The position numbers were made by a program, and so were the translations under genes. Below the pieces are notes generated by a model that saw nothing but the letters and a program-made list of their open reading frames with translations, made no database searches and was not told the DNA's origin. Below, in pieces: positions 12,401-27,400 of a stretch of 64,000 nt of DNA (position 1 is its first letter; every line of letters starts with the position of its first letter). The DNA is from Eledone cirrhosa (taxonomy: Eukaryota), in contig OZ024740.1 of NCBI GenBank assembly GCA_964016885.1, positions 5,270,001 through 5,334,000 of the forward strand. Direction: 5' to 3'.

Positions 12401-15400
12401 TGGTAGTGTCACCTGTAGTGTGTTAATGTCACCTGTAGTGTGGTAGTGTCACCTGTAGTGTGGTAGTGTCACCTGTAATTTGGTAGTGTCACCTGTAATT
12501 TGGTAGTGTCACCTGTAGTGTAGTAGTGTCACCTGTAGTGTGGTAGTGTCACCAGTAGTGTGGTAGTGTCACCTGTAGTATGGTAGTGTCACCTGTAGTG
12601 TGGTAGTGTCACCTGTAGTGTGGTAGTGTCACCTGTAGTGTGGTAGTGTCACCTGTAGTGTGGTAGTGTCACATTTAGTGAGGTAGTGTCATCTGTAGTC
12701 TGGTAGTGTCACCTGTAGTGTGGTAGTGTCACCTGTAGTATGGTAGTGTCACCCGTATTGTGGTAGTGTCACCTGTAATGTGGTAGTGTCACCTGTAGTG
12801 TTGTAGTGTCACCTTTAGTGTGGTAGGGTCACCTGTAGCGTGGTAGTGTCACCAGTAGTGTGGTAGTGTCACCTGTAGTGTGGTAGTGTCACCTGTAGTG
12901 TGGTAGTGTCACCTGTAGTGTGGTAGTGTCACCTGTAGTGTGGTAGTGTCACCTGTAGTGTGGTAGTGTCACCAGTAGTGTGGTAGTGTCACCTGTAGTA
13001 TGGTAGTGTCACCTGTAGTGTGGTAGTGTCACCTGTAGTGTGGTAGTGTCACCTGTAGTCTGGTAGTGTCACCTGTAGTGTGGTAGTGTCACCTGTAGTG
13101 TGGTAGTGTCACCTGTAGCATGGTAGTGTCACCTGTAATGTGGTAGTGTCACCTGTAGTATGGTAGTGTCACCTGTAGTGTGGTAGTGTGACCTGTAGTG
13201 TGGTAGTGTCACCTGTAGTGTGGTAGTGTCACCTGTAGTGTGGTGGTGTGACCTGTAGTGTGGTAGTGTCACCTGTAGTGTGGTAGTGTGACCTGTAGTG
13301 TGGTAGTGTCACCTGTAGTGTAGTAGTGTCACCTGTAGTGTGGTAGTGTCACCTGTAGTGTGGTAGTGTGACCTGTAGTGTGGTAGTGTCACCAGTAGTG
13401 TGGTAGTGTCATCTGTAGTCTGGTAGTGTCACCTGTAGTGTGGTAGTGTCACCTGTAGTCTGGTAGTGTCACCTGTAGTGTGGTAGTGTCACCTGTAGTG
13501 TGGTAGTGTCACCTGTAGTGTGGTAGTGTCACCAGTAGTGTGGTAGTGTCACCTGTAGTGTGGTAGTGTCACCTGTAGTGTGGTAGTGTCATCTGTAGTG
13601 TGGTAGTGTCACCTGTAGTCTGGTAGTGTCACCTGTAGTGTGGTAGTGTCACCTGTAGTGTGGTAGTGTCACCAGTAGTGTGGTAGTGTCATCTGTAGTC
13701 TGGTAGTGTCACCTGTAGTGTGGTAGTGTCACCTGTAGTATGGTAGTGTCACCCGTAGTGTGGTAGTGTCACCTGTAATGTGGTAGTGTCACCTGTAGTG
13801 TTGTAGTGTCACCTGTATTGAGGTAGTGTCACCTGTAGTGTGGTAGTGTCACCCGTATTGTGGTAGTGTCACCAGTAGTGTGGTAGTGTCACCTGTAGTG
13901 TGGTAGTGTCACCTGTAGTGTGGTAGTGTCACCTGTAGTGTGGTAGTGTCACCTGTAGCGTGGTAGTGTCACCAGTAGTGTGGTAGTGTCACCTGTAGTG
14001 TGGTAGTGTCACCTGTAGCGTGGTAGTGTCACCTGTAGTGTGGTAGTGTCACCTGTAGCGTGGTAGTGTCACCTGTAGTGTGGTAGTGTCACCTGTAGTG
14101 TGTTAATGTCACCAGTAGTGTGGTAGAGTCCCCTGTAGTGTGGTATTGTCAACTGTAGTGTGGTAGTGTCACCTGTAGTGTGGTAGTGTCACCTGTAGTG
14201 TGATAGTGTCACCTGTAGTGTGGTAGTGTCACCTGTAATGTGGTAGTGTCACCTGTAGTGTGGTAGTGTAACCTGTAGTATGGTAGTGTCCCCTGTAGTG
14301 TGGTAGTGTCACCTCTAAGGTGGTAGTGTCTCCTGTAGTGTGTTTGTGTCGCCAGTAGTGGGGTAGTGTTACTTGTAGTATGGTAGTGCACCTGTAGTGT
14401 GGTAGTGTCACCTGTAGTGTGGTAGTGTCACCAGTAGTGTGGTAGTGTCAACTGTAAGGTGGTAATGTCACCTGTAGTGTGGTAGTGTCACCTGTTGTGT
14501 GGTAGTGTCACGTGTAGCGTGGTAGTGTCACCTGTAATGTGGTAGAGTCACCTGTAGTGTAGTAGTGTCACCTGTAGTGTGTTAGTGTCACCTGTAGTGT
14601 GGTAGTGTCACCTGTAGTGTGGTAGAGACCCTGTAGTGTGGTAGTGTCACCTGTAGTGTGTTAGTGTCACCTGTAGTGTGGTAGTGTCACCTGTAGTGTG
14701 GTAGAGACCCTGTAGTGTGGTAGTGTCACGTGTAGTGTGGTAGTGTCAACTGTAGTGTGGTAGTGTCTCCTGTAATTTGGTAGTGTCACCAGTAGTGTGG
14801 TAATGTCACCTGGAGTGTATTAGTGTCACCTGTAATGTGGTAGTGTCACCTGTAGTGTAGTAGTGTCACCCGTAGTGTTGTAGTGTCACCTGTAATGTGG
14901 TAGTGTCACGTGTAGTGTGCTCGTGTCACATGTAGTGTGGTAGTGTCACCTGTAGTGTGGTAGTGCCACCTGTAGTGTGGTAGTGCCACCTGTAGTGTGG
15001 TAGTGTCACCTGTAGTGTAGTAGTGTCACCTGTAATGTGGTAGTGTCACGTGTAGTGTGCTCGTGTCACCTGTAGTGTGATAGTGTCACCAGTAGTGTGG
15101 TAGCCTCACCTGTAGTGTGGTAGTGTCACCTGTAGTGTGGTAGTGTCACCTGTAGTGTGGTAGTGTCACATATAGTGTGGTAGTGTCACCTGTAGTGTGG
15201 TAGTGTCACCAGTAGTGTGGTAGCCTCACCTGTAGTGTGGTAGTGTCACCTGTAGTGTGGTAGTGTCACCTGTAGTGTGGTAGTGTCACCTATAGTGCGG
15301 TAGTGTCACCTGTAGTGTGGTAGTGTCACCTGTAGTGTGGTAGTGTCACCTGTAATGTGGTAGTGTCACCTGTAGTGTGATAGTGTCACCAGTAGTGTGG

Positions 15401-18400
15401 TAGTGTCACGTGTAATGTGGTAGTGTCACCTGTAGTGTGGTAGTGTCATCAGTAGTGTGGTAGTGTCACCTGTAGTGTGGTAGTGTCACCTGTAATGTGG
15501 TAGTGTCACCTGTAGTGTGGTAGTGTCACCTGCAGTGTGGTAGTGTCATTTGTAGTGTGGTAGTGTTATTTGTAGTGTGGTAGTGTCTCCTGTAATGTGG
15601 TAGTGTCACCTGTAGTGTGGTAGAGACCCTGTAGTGTGGTATTGTCAACTGTAGTGTGGTAGTGTCACCTGTAAGGTGGTAGTGTCACCTGTAGTGTGGT
15701 AGTGTCTCCTGTAAGGTGGTAGTGTCACCTTTAGTGTGGTAGCGTCACCTGTAGTGTGGTAGTGTCACCTGTAGTGTGGTAGTGTACTTGTAGTGTGGTA
15801 GTGTCACCTGTATTTTGGTAGTGTCACCTGTAATGTGGTAGTGTCACCTGTAGTGTGGTAGTGTCACCTGTAGTGTGGTAGTGTCACCTGTAGTGTGTTA
15901 GTGTCACCTGTAGTGTTGTAGTGTCACCTTTAGTGTGGTAGTGTCACCTGTAGTGTGGTAGTGTCACCTGTAGTGTGGTAGTGTCACCTGAAGTGTGGTA
16001 GTGTCACCTGTAGTGTGGTAGTGTCACCTGTAATGTGGTAGTGTCACCTGTAGTGTGGTAGCGTCACCTGTAGTGTGGTAGTGTCACCTGTAGTGTGGTA
16101 GTGTCACCTGTAGTGTGGTAGTGTCACCTGTAGTGTGGTAGTGTCACCTGTAGTGTGGTAGCATCACCTGTAGTGTGGTAGTGTCTCCTGTAATGTGGTA
16201 GTGTCACCTGTAGTGTGGTAGTGTCACCTGTAGTGTGGTAGTGTCACCTGTAGTGTGGTAGTGTCACCTGTAGTGTGGTAGCGTCACCTGTAGTGTGGTA
16301 GTGTACTTGTAGTGTGGTAGTGTCACCTGTATTGTGGTAGTGTCACCTGTAATGTGGTAGTGTCACCTGTAGTGTGGTAGCGTCACCTGTAGTGTGGTAG
16401 TGTCACCTGTAGTGTAGTAGTGTCACCTGTAGTGTGGTAGTGTCACCAGTAGTGTAGTAGTGTCACCTGTAGTGTGGTAGTGTCACCCGTAGTGTGGTAG
16501 TGTCACGTGTAATGTGGTAGTGTCACCTGTAGTGTGGTAGTGTCACCTGTAGTGTGGTAGTGTCACCTGCAGTGTGGTAGTGTCATTTGTAGTGTGGTAG
16601 TGTTATTTGTAGTGTGGTAGTGTCTCCTGTAATGTGGTAGTGTCACCTGTAGTGTGGTAGAGACCCTGTAGTGTGGTATTGTCAACTGTAGTGTGGTAGT
16701 GTCTCCTGTAATGTGGTAGTGTCACCTGTAATGTGGTAGTGTCACCTGTAGTGTGGTAGTGTCACCTGTAGTGTGGTAGTGTCACCTGTAATGTGGTAGT
16801 GTCACCTGTAATGTGGTAGTGTCACCTGTAGTGTGGTAGTGTCACCTGTAGTGTCGTAGTGTCACCTGTAGTGTGGTAGTGTCACCTGTAGTGTGGTAGC
16901 GTCACCTGTAGTGTGGTAGTGTCTCCTGTAATGTGGTAGTGTCACCTGTAGTGTGGTAGTGTCACCTTTAGTGTGGTAGTGTCACCTGTAGTGTGGTAGT
17001 GTCACCTGTAGTGTGGTAGCGTCACCTGTAGTGTGGTAGTGTCACCTGTAGTCTGGTAGTGTGACCTGTAGTGTAGTAGTGTCACCTGTAGTGTGGTAGT
17101 GTCACCTGTAGTGTGGTAGTGTCTCCTGTAATGTGGTAGTGTCACCTGTAGTGTGGTAGTGTCACCAGTAGTGTAGTAGTGTCACCTGTAGTGTGGTAGT
17201 GTCACCTGTAGTGTGGTAGCGTCACCTGTAGTGTGGTAGTGTCACCTGTAGTCTGGTAGTGTCACCTGTAGTGTAGTAGTGTCACCTGTAGTGTGGTAGT
17301 GTCACCAGTAGTGTAGTAGTGTCACCTGTAGTGTGGTAGTGTCACCCGTAGTGTGGTAGTGTCACGTGTAATGTGGTAGTGTCACCTGTAGTGTGGTAGT
17401 GTCGCCTGTAGTATGGTAGTGTCACCTGTAGTGTGGTAGTGTCACCTGTAGTGTGGTAGTGTCACCTGTAGTGTGTTAGTGTCACCTGTAGTGTGGTAGT
17501 GTCACCTGTAGTGTGTTAATGTCACCTGTAGTGTGGTAGTGTCACCTGTAGTGTGGTAGTGTCACCTGTAATTTGGTAGTGTCACCTGTAATTTGGTAGT
17601 GTCACCTGTAGTGTAGTAGTGTCACCTGTAGTGTGGTAGTGTCACCAGTAGTGTGGTAGTGTCACCTGTAGTATGGTAGTGTCACCTGTAGTGTGGTAGT
17701 GTCACCTGTAGTGTGGTAGTGTCACCTGTAGTGTGGTAGTGTCACCTGTAGTGTGGTAGTGTCACATTTAGTGAGGTAGTGTCATCTGTAGTCTGGTAGT
17801 GTCACCTGTAGTGTGGTAGTGTCACCTGTAGTATGGTAGTGTCACCCGTAGTGTGGTAGTGTCACCTGTAATGTGGTAGTGTCACCTGTAGTGTTGTAGT
17901 GTCACCTTTAGTGTGGTAGTGTCACCTGTAGCGTGGTAGTGTCACCAGTAGTGTGGTAGTGTCACCTGTAGTGTGGTAGTGTCACCTGTAGTGTGGTAGT
18001 GTCACCTGTAGTGTGGTAGTGTCACCTGTAGTCTGGTAGTGTCACCTGTAGTGTGGTAGTGTCACCTGTAGTGTGTTAGTGTCACCTGTAGTGTTGTAGT
18101 GTCACCTTTAGTGTGGTAGTGTCACCTGTAGTGTGGTAGTGTCACCTGTAGTGTGGTAGTGTCACCTGAAGTGTGGTAGTGTCACCTGTAGTGTGGTAGT
18201 GTCACCTGTAATGTGGTAGTGTCACCTGTAGTGTGGTAGCGTCACCTGTAGTGTGGTAGTGTCACCTGTAGTGTGGTAGTGTCACCTGTAGTGTGGTAGT
18301 GTCACCTGTAGTGTGGTAGTGTCACCTCTAGTGTGGTAGCATCACCTGTAGTGTGGTAGTGTCTCCTGTAATGTGGTAGTGTCACCTGTAGTGTGGTAGT

Positions 18401-21400
18401 GTCACCTGTAGTGTGGTAGTGTCACCTGTAGTGTGGTAGTGTCACCTGTAGTGTGGTAGCGTCACCTGTAGTGTGGTAGTGTACTTGTAGTGTGGTAGTG
18501 TCACCTGTATTGTGGTAGTGTCACCTGTAATGTGGTAGTGTCACCTGTAGTGTGGTAGCGTCACCTGTAGTGTGGTAGTGTCTCCTGTAATGTGGTAGTG
18601 TCACCTGTAATGTGGTAGTGTCACCTGTAGTGTGGTAGTGTCACCTGTAGTGTGGTAGTGTCACCTGTAATGTGGTAGTGTCACCTGTAATGTGGTAGTG
18701 TCACCTGTAGTGTGGTAGTGTCACCTGTAGTGTCGTAGTGTCACCTGTAGTGTGGTAGTGTCACCTGTAGTGTGGTAGCGTCACCTGTAGTGTGGTAGTG
18801 TCTCCTGTAATGTGGTAGTGTCACCTGTAGTGTGGTAGTGTCACCTTTAGTGTGGTAGTGTCACCTGTAGTGTGGTAGTGTCACCTGTAGTGTGGTAGCG
18901 TCACCTGTAGTGTGGTAGTGTCTCCTGTAATGTGGTAGTGTCACCTGTAGTGTGGTAGTGTCACCAGTAGTGTAGTAGTGTCACCTGTAGTGTGGTAGTG
19001 TCACCTGTAGTGTGGTAGTGTCACCTGTAGTGTGGTAGTGTCACCTGTAGTCTGGTAGTGTGACCTGTAGTGTAGTAGTGTCACCTGTAGTGTGGTAGTG
19101 TCACCTGTAGTGTGGTAGTGTCTCCTGTAATGTGGTAGTGTCACCTGTAGTGTGGTAGTGTCACGAGTAGTGTAGTAGTGTCACCTGTAGTGTGGTAGTG
19201 TCACCTGTAGTGTGGTAGTGTCACCTGTAGTGTGGTAGTGTCACGAGTAGTGTAGTAGTGTCACCTGTAGTCTGGTAGTGTCACCTGTAGTATGGTAGCG
19301 TCACCTGTAGTGTGGTAGTGTCACCTGTAGTCTGGTAGTGTCACCTGTAGTGTAGTAGTGTCACCTGTAGTGTGGTAGTGTCACCAGTAGTGTAGTAGTG
19401 TCACCTGTAGTGTGGTAGTGTCACCCGTAGTGTGGTAGTGTCACGTGTAATGTGGTAGTGTCACCTGTAGTGTGGTAGTGTCGCCTGTAGTATGGTAGTG
19501 TCACCTGTAGTGTGGTAGTGTCACCTGTAGTGTGGTAGTGTCACCTGTAGTGTGTTAGTGTCACCTGTAGTGTGGTAGTGTCACCTGTAGTGTGTTAATG
19601 TCACCTGTAGTGTGGTAGTGTCACCTGTAGTGTGGTAGTGTCACCTGTAATTTGGTAGTGTCACCTGTAATTTGGTAGTGTCACCTGTAGTGTAGTAGTG
19701 TCACCTGTAGTGTGGTAGTGTCACCAGTAGTGTGGTAGTGTCACCTGTAGTATGGTAGTGTCACCTGTAGTGTGGTAGTGTCACCTGTAGTGTGGTAGTG
19801 TCACCTGTAGTGTGGTAGTGTCACCTGTAGTGTGGTAGTGTCACATTTAGTGAGGTAGTGTCATCTGTAGTCTGGTAGTGTCACCTGTAGTGTGGTAGTG
19901 TCACCTGTAGTATGGTAGTGTCACCCGTAGTGTGGTAGTGTCACCTGTAATGTGGTAGTGTCACCTGTAGTGTTGTAGTGTCACCTTTAGTGTGGTAGTG
20001 TCACCTGTAGCGTGGTAGTGTCACCAGTAGTGTGGTAGTGTCACCTGTAGTGTGGTAGTGTCACCTGTAGTGTGGTAGTGTCACCTGTAGTGTGGTAGTG
20101 TCACCTGTAGTCTGGTAGTGTCACCTGTAGTGTGGTAGTGTCACCTGTAGTGTGGTAGTGTCACCAGTAGTGTGGTAGTGTCACCTGTAGTATGGTAGCG
20201 TCACCTGTAGTGTGGTAGTGTCTCCTGTAATGTGGTAGTGTCACCTGTAATGTGGTAGTGTCACCTGTAGTGTGGTAGTGTCACCTGTAGTGTGGTAGTG
20301 TCACCTGTAATGTGGTAGTGTCACCTGTAATGTGGTAGTGTCACCTGTAGTGTGGTAGTGTCACCTGTAGTGTCGTAGTGTCACCTGTAGTGTGGTAGTG
20401 TCACCTGTAGTGTGGTAGCGTCACCTGTAGTGTGGTAGTGTCTCCTGTAATGTGGTAGTGTCACCTGTAGTGTGGTAGTGTCACCTTTAGTGTGGTAGTG
20501 TCACCTGTAGTGTGGTAGTGTCACCTGTAGTGTGGTAGCGTCACCTGTAGTGTGGTAGTGTCTCCTGTAATGTGGTAGTGTCACCTGTAGTGTGGTAGTG
20601 TCACCAGTAGTGTAGTAGTGTCACCTGTAGTGTGGTAGTGTCACCTGTAGTGTGGTAGTGTCACCTGTAGTGTGGTAGTGTCACCTGTAGTCTGGTAGTG
20701 TGACCTGTAGTGTAGTAGTGTCACCTGTAGTGTGGTAGTGTCACCTGTAGTGTGGTAGTGTCTCCTGTAATGTGGTAGTGTCACCTGTAGTGTGGTAGTG
20801 TCACCAGTAGTGTAGTAGTGTCACCTGTAGTGTGGTAGTGTCACCTGTAGTGTGGTAGCGTCACCTGTAGTGTGGTAGTGTCACCTGTAGTCTGGTAGTG
20901 TCACCTGTAGTGTAGTAGTGTCACCTGTAGTGTGGTAGTGTCACCAGTAGTGTAGTAGTGTCACCTGTAGTGTGGTAGTGTCACCCGTAGTGTGGTAGTG
21001 TCACGTGTAATGTGGTAGTGTCACCTGTAGTGTGGTAGTGTCGCCTGTAGTATGGTAGTGTCACCTGTAGTGTGGTAGTGTCACCTGTAGTGTGGTAGTG
21101 TCACCTGTAGTGTGTTAGTGTCACCTGTAGTGTGGTAGTGTCACCTGTAGTGTGTTAATGTCACCTGTAGTGTGGTAGTGTCACCTGTAGTGTGGTAGTG
21201 TCACCTGTAATTTGGTAGTGTCACCTGTAATTTGGTAGTGTCACCTGTAGTGTAGTAGTGTCACCTGTAGTGTGGTAGTGTCACCAGTAGTGTGGTAGTG
21301 TCACCTGTAGTATGGTAGTGTCACCTGTAGTGTGGTAGTGTCACCTGTAGTGTGGTAGTGTCACCTGTAGTGTGGTAGTGTCACCTGTAGTGTGGTAGTG

Positions 21401-24400
21401 TCACATTTAGTGAGGTAGTGTCATCTGTAGTCTGGTAGTGTCACCTGTAGTGTGGTAGTGTCACCTGTAGTATGGTAGTGTCACCCGTAGTGTGGTAGTG
21501 TCACCTGTAATGTGGTAGTGTCACCTGTAGTGTTGTAGTGTCACCTTTAGTGTGGTAGTGTCACCTGTAGCGTGGTAGTGTCACCAGTAGTGTGGTAGTG
21601 TCACCTGTAGTGTGGTAGTGTCACCTGTAGTGTGGTAGTGTCACCTGTAGTGTGGTAGTGTCACCTGTAGTCTGGTAGTGTCACCTGTAGTGTGGTAGTG
21701 TCACCTGTAGTGTGTTAGTGTCACCTGTAGTGTTGTAGTGTCACCTTTAGTGTGGTAGTGTCACCTGTAGTGTGGTAGTGTCACCTGTAGTGTGGTAGTG
21801 TCACCTGAAGTGTGGTAGTGTCACCTGTAGTGTGGTAGTGTCACCTGTAATGTGGTAGTGTCACCTGTAGTGTGGTAGCGTCACCTGTAGTGTGGTAGTG
21901 TCACCTGTAGTGTGGTAGTGTCACCTGTAGTGTGGTAGTGTCACCTGTAGTGTGGTAGTGTCACCTCTAGTGTGGTAGCATCACCTGTAGTGTGGTAGTG
22001 TCTCCTGTAATGTGGTAGTGTCACCTGTAGTGTGGTAGTGTCACCTGTAGTGTGGTAGTGTCACCTGTAGTGTGGTAGTGTCACCTGTAGTGTGGTAGCG
22101 TCACCTGTAGTGTGGTAGTGTACTTGTAGTGTGGTAGTGTCACCTGTATTGTGGTAGTGTCACCTGTAATGTGGTAGTGTCACCTGTAGTGTGGTAGCGT
22201 CACCTGTAGTGTGGTAGTGTCTCCTGTAATGTGGTAGTGTCACCTGTAATGTGGTAGTGTCACCTGTAGTGTGGTAGTGTCACCTGTAGTGTGGTAGTGT
22301 CACCTGTAATGTGGTAGTGTCACCTGTAATGTGGTAGTGTCACCTGTAGTGTGGTAGTGTCACCTGTAGTGTCGTAGTGTCACCTGTAGTGTGGTAGTGT
22401 CACCTGTAGTGTGGTAGCGTCACCTGTAGTGTGGTAGTGTCTCCTGTAATGTGGTAGTGTCACCTGTAGTGTGGTAGTGTCACCTTTAGTGTGGTAGTGT
22501 CACCTGTAGTGTGGTAGTGTCACCTGTAGTGTGGTAGCGTCACCTGTAGTGTGGTAGTGTCTCCTGTAATGTGGTAGTGTCACCTGTAGTGTGGTAGTGT
22601 CACCAGTAGTGTAGTAGTGTCACCTGTAGTGTGGTAGTGTCACCTGTAGTGTGGTAGTGTCACCTGTAGTGTGGTAGTGTCACCTGTAGTCTGGTAGTGT
22701 GACCTGTAGTGTAGTAGTGTCACCTGTAGTGTGGTAGTGTCACCTGTAGTGTGGTAGTGTCTCCTGTAATGTGGTAGTGTCACCTGTAGTGTGGTAGTGT
22801 CACGAGTAGTGTAGTAGTGACACCTGTAGTGTGGTAGTGTCACCTGTAGTGTGGTAGTGTCACCTGTAGTGTGGTAGTGTCACGAGTAGTGTAGTAGTGT
22901 CACCTGTAGTCTGGTAGTGTCACCTGTAGTATGGTAGCGTCACCTGTAGTGTGGTAGTGTCACCTGTAGTCTGGTAGTGTCACCTGTAGTGTAGTAGTGT
23001 CACCTGTAGTGTGGTAGTGTCACCAGTAGTGTAGTAGTGTCACCTGTAGTGTGGTAGTGTCACCCGTAGTGTGGTAGTGTCACGTGTAATGTGGTAGTGT
23101 CACCTGTAGTGTGGTAGTGTCGCCTGTAGTATGGTAGTGTCACCTGTAGTGTGGTAGTGTCACCTGTAGTGTGGTAGTGTCACCTGTAGTGTGTTAGTGT
23201 CACCTGTAGTGTGGTAGTGTCACCTGTAGTGTGTTAATGTCACCTGTAGTGTGGTAGTGTCACCTGTAGTGTGGTAGTGTCACCTGTAATTTGGTAGTGT
23301 CACCTGTAATTTGGTAGTGTCACCTGTAGTGTAGTAGTGTCACCTGTAGTGTGGTAGTGTCACCAGTAGTGTGGTAGTGTCACCTGTAGTATGGTAGTGT
23401 CACCTGTAGTGTGGTAGTGTCACCTGTAGTGTGGTAGTGTCACCTGTAGTGTGGTAGTGTCACCTGTAGTGTGGTAGTGTCACATTTAGTGAGGTAGTGT
23501 CATCTGTAGTCTGGTAGTGTCACCTGTAGTGTGGTAGTGTCACCTGTAGTATGGTAGTGTCACCCGTAGTGTGGTAGTGTCACCTGTAATGTGGTAGTGT
23601 CACCTGTAGTGTTGTAGTGTCACCTTTAGTGTGGTAGTGTCACCTGTAGCGTGGTAGTGTCACCAGTAGTGTGGTAGTGTCACCTGTAGTGTGGTAGTGT
23701 CACCTGTAGTGTGGTAGTGTCACCTGTAGTGTGGTAGTGTCACCTGTAGTCTGGTAGTGTCACCTGTAGTGTGGTAGTGTCACCTGTAGTGTGGTAGTGT
23801 CACCAGTAGTGTGGTAGTGTCACCTGTAGTATGGTAGTGTCACCTGTAGTGTGGTAGTGTCACCTGTAGTGTGGTAGTGTCACCTGTAGTCTGGTAGTGT
23901 CACCTGTAGTGTGGTAGTGTCACCTGTAGTGTGGTAGTGTCACCTGTAGCATGGTAGTGTCACCTGTAATGTGGTAGTGTCACCTGTAGTATGGTAGTGT
24001 CACCTGTAGTGTGGTAGTGTGACCTGTAGTGTGGTAGTGTCACCTGTAGTGTGGTAGTGTCACCTGTAGTGTGGTAGTGTGACCTGTAGTGTGGTAGTGT
24101 CACCTGTAGTGTGGTAGTGTGACCTGTAGTGTGGTAGTGTCACCTGTAGTGTAGTAGTGTCACCTGTAGTGTGGTAGTGTCACCTGTAGTGTGGTAGTGT
24201 GACCTGTAGTGTGGTAGTGTCACCAGTAGTGTGGTAGTGTCATCTGTAGTCTGGTAGTGTCACCTGTAGTGTGGTAGTGTCACCTGTAGTCTGGTAGTGT
24301 CACCTGTAGTGTGGTAGTGTCACCTGTAGTGTGGTAGTGTCACCTGTAGTGTGGTAGTGTCACCAGTAGTGTGGTAGTGTCACCTGTAGTGTGGTAGTGT

Positions 24401-27400
24401 CACCTGTAGTGTGGTAGTGTCATCTGTAGTGTGGTAGTGTCACCTGTAGTCTGGTAGTGTCACCTGTAGTGTGGTAGTGTCACCTGTAGTGTGGTAGTGT
24501 CACCAGTAGTGTGGTAGTGTCATCTGTAGTCTGGTAGTGTCACCTGTAGTGTGGTAGTGTCACCTGTAGTATGGTAGTGTCACCCGTAGTGTGGTAGTGT
24601 CACCTGTAATGTGGTAGTGTCACCTGTAGTGTTGTAGTGTCACCTGTATTGAGGTAGTGTCACCTGTAGTGTGGTAGTGTCACCTGTATTGTGGTAGTGT
24701 CACCAGTAGTGTGGTAGTGTCACCTGTAGTGTGGTAGTGTCACCTGTAGTGTGGTAGTGTCACCTGTAGTGTGGTAGTGTCACCTGTAGCGTGGTAGTGT
24801 CACCAGTAGTGTGTTAATGTCACCAGTAGTGTGGTAGAGTCCCCTGTAGTGTGGTATTGTCAACTGTAGTGTGGTAGTGTCACCTGTAGTGTGGTAGTGT
24901 CACCTGTAGTGTGATAGTGTCACCTGTAGTGTGGTAGTGTCACCTGTAATGTGGTAGTGTCACCTGTAGTGTGGTAGTGTAACCTGTAGTATGGTAGTGT
25001 CCCCTGTAGTGTGGTAGTGTCACCTCTAAGGTGGTAGTGTCTCCTGTAGTGTGTTTGTGTCGCCAGTAGTGGGGTAGTGTTACTTGTAGTATGGTAGTGC
25101 ACCTGTAGTGTGGTAGTGTCACCTGTAGTGTGGTAGTGTCACCAGTAGTGTGGTAGTGTCAACTGTAAGGTGGTAATATCACCTGTAGTGTGGTAGTGTC
25201 ACCTGTTGTGTGGTAGTGTCACGTGTAGCGTGGTAGTGTCACCTGTAATGTGGTAGAGTCACCTGTAGTGTAGTAGTGTCACCTGTAGTGTGGTAGTGTC
25301 ACCTGTAGTGTGTTAGTGTCACCTGTAGTGTGTTAGAGTCATCTGTAGTGTGGTTGTGACACCAGTAAGGTGGTAGTGTTCCCTGTAGTGTGGTAATGTC
25401 ATCTGTAGTGCGGTAGTGTAACCAGCAGTGTGGTAGTGCCACCTGTAGTGTGGTAGTGTCACGTGTAATGTGGTAGTGTCACCTGTAGTGTGGTAGTGTC
25501 ACCTGTAGTCTGGTAGTGTCAACTGTAGTGTGGTAGTGTCTCCTGTAATGTGGTAGTGTCACCTGTAATGTGGTAGTGCCACCTGTAGTGTGGTAGTGTC
25601 ACCTGTAGTGTGGTAGTGTCACCTGTAATGTGGTAGTGTCACCTGTTGTGTGGTAGTTTCACCTGTAATGTGGTAGTTTCACCTGTAGTGTGGTAGTGTC
25701 ACCTGTAGTGTGGTAGTGTCACCTGTAGTGTAGTAGTGTCACCTGTAGTGTGGTAGTGTCACCTGTAGTGTAGTAGTGTCATCTGTAGTGTGGTAGTGTC
25801 ACCTGTAGTGTGGTAGTGTCACCTGTAGTGTAGTAGTGTCACCTGTAGTGTGGTAGTGTCACCTGTAGTGTAGTAGTGTCACCTGTAGTGTGGTAGTGTC
25901 ACCTGTAGTGTAGTAGTGTCACCTGTAGTGTGGTAGTGTCACCTGTAGTGTAGTAGTGTCACCTGTAGTGTGGTATCCTCACCTGTAGTGTAGTAGTGTC
26001 ACCTGTAGTGTGGTAGTGTCACCTGTAGTGTGGTAGTGTCACCTGTAGTGTAGTAGTGTCACCTGTAGTGTGGTAGTGTCACCTGTAGTGTAGTAGTGTC
26101 ACCTGTAGTGTGGTAGTGTCACCTGTAGTGTGGTAGTGTCACCTGTAGTGTGGTAGTGTAACCTGTAGTGTGGTATCCTCACCTGTAGTGTGGTAGTGTC
26201 ACCTGTAGTGTGGTAGTGTCACCTGTAGTGTAGTAGTGTCACCTGTAGTGTGGTAGTGTCACCTGTAGTGTGGTAGTGTCACCTGTAGTGTGGTAGTGTC
26301 ACCTGTAGTGTGGTAGTGTCACCTGTAGTGTGGTATCCTCACCTGTAGTGTGGTAGTGTCACCTGTAGTGTAGTAGTGTCACCTGTAGCGTGGTAGTGTC
26401 ACCTGTAGTGTAGTTGTGTCACCTGTAGTGTGTTAATGTCACCAGTAGTGTGTTAATGTCACCAGTAGTGTGGTATTGTCAACTGTAGTGTTGTAGTGTC
26501 ATCTGTAAGGTGGTAGTGTCACCTGTAGTGTGGTAGTGTCACCTGTAGTGTGGTAGTGTCACCTGTAGTGTGGTAGCGTCACCTGTAGTGTGGTAGTGTC
26601 ACCTGTAGTGTGGTAGTGTCACTTGTAGTGTGCTAGTGTCTCCTGTAATGTGTTAATGTCACCTGTAGTGTGTAGTGTCACCTGTAGTGTGATAGTGTCA
26701 CCTGTAGTGTTGTAGTGTTACCTGTAATGTGCTATTGTCACCTGTAGTGTGGTAGTGTCTCCTGTAATTTGGTAGTGTCACCTGTAGTGTGGTAATGTCA
26801 CCTGTAGTGTAGTTGTGTCACCTGTAGTGTGGTAGTGTCACCTGTAGTGTGGTAGTTTCACCAGTAGTGTGGTAGTGTCACCTGTAATGTGGTAGTGTAA
26901 CCTGTAGTGTGGTAGTGTCACCTGTAAGGTGGTAGTGTCTCCTGTAGTGTGTTTGTGTCACCTGTAGTGTGCTGGTGTCACCTGTAGTGTGGTAGAGTCC
27001 CCTGTAGTGTGGTATTGTCAACTGTAGTGTGGTAGTGTCACCTGTAGTGTGGTAGTGTCACCTGTAGTGTGATAGTGTCACCTGTAGTGTGGTAGTGTCA
27101 CCTGTAATGTGGTAGTGTCACCTGTAGTGTGGTAGTGTAACCTGTAGTGTGGTAGTGTCACCTGTAGTGTGTTTGTGTCACCTGTAGTGTGATAGTGTCA
27201 CCTGTAGTGTGGTAGTGTCACCTGTAAGGTGGTAGTGTCACCTGTAGTGTGGTAGTGTCAAATGTAAGGTGGTAGTGTCACCTGTAGTGTGGTAGTGTCA
27301 CCTGTTGTGTGGTAGTGTCACGTGTAGAGTGGTAGTGTCTCCTGTAGTATGATAGTGTCACCTGTAATGTGGTAGTGTCACCTGTAGTGTGGTAGAGACC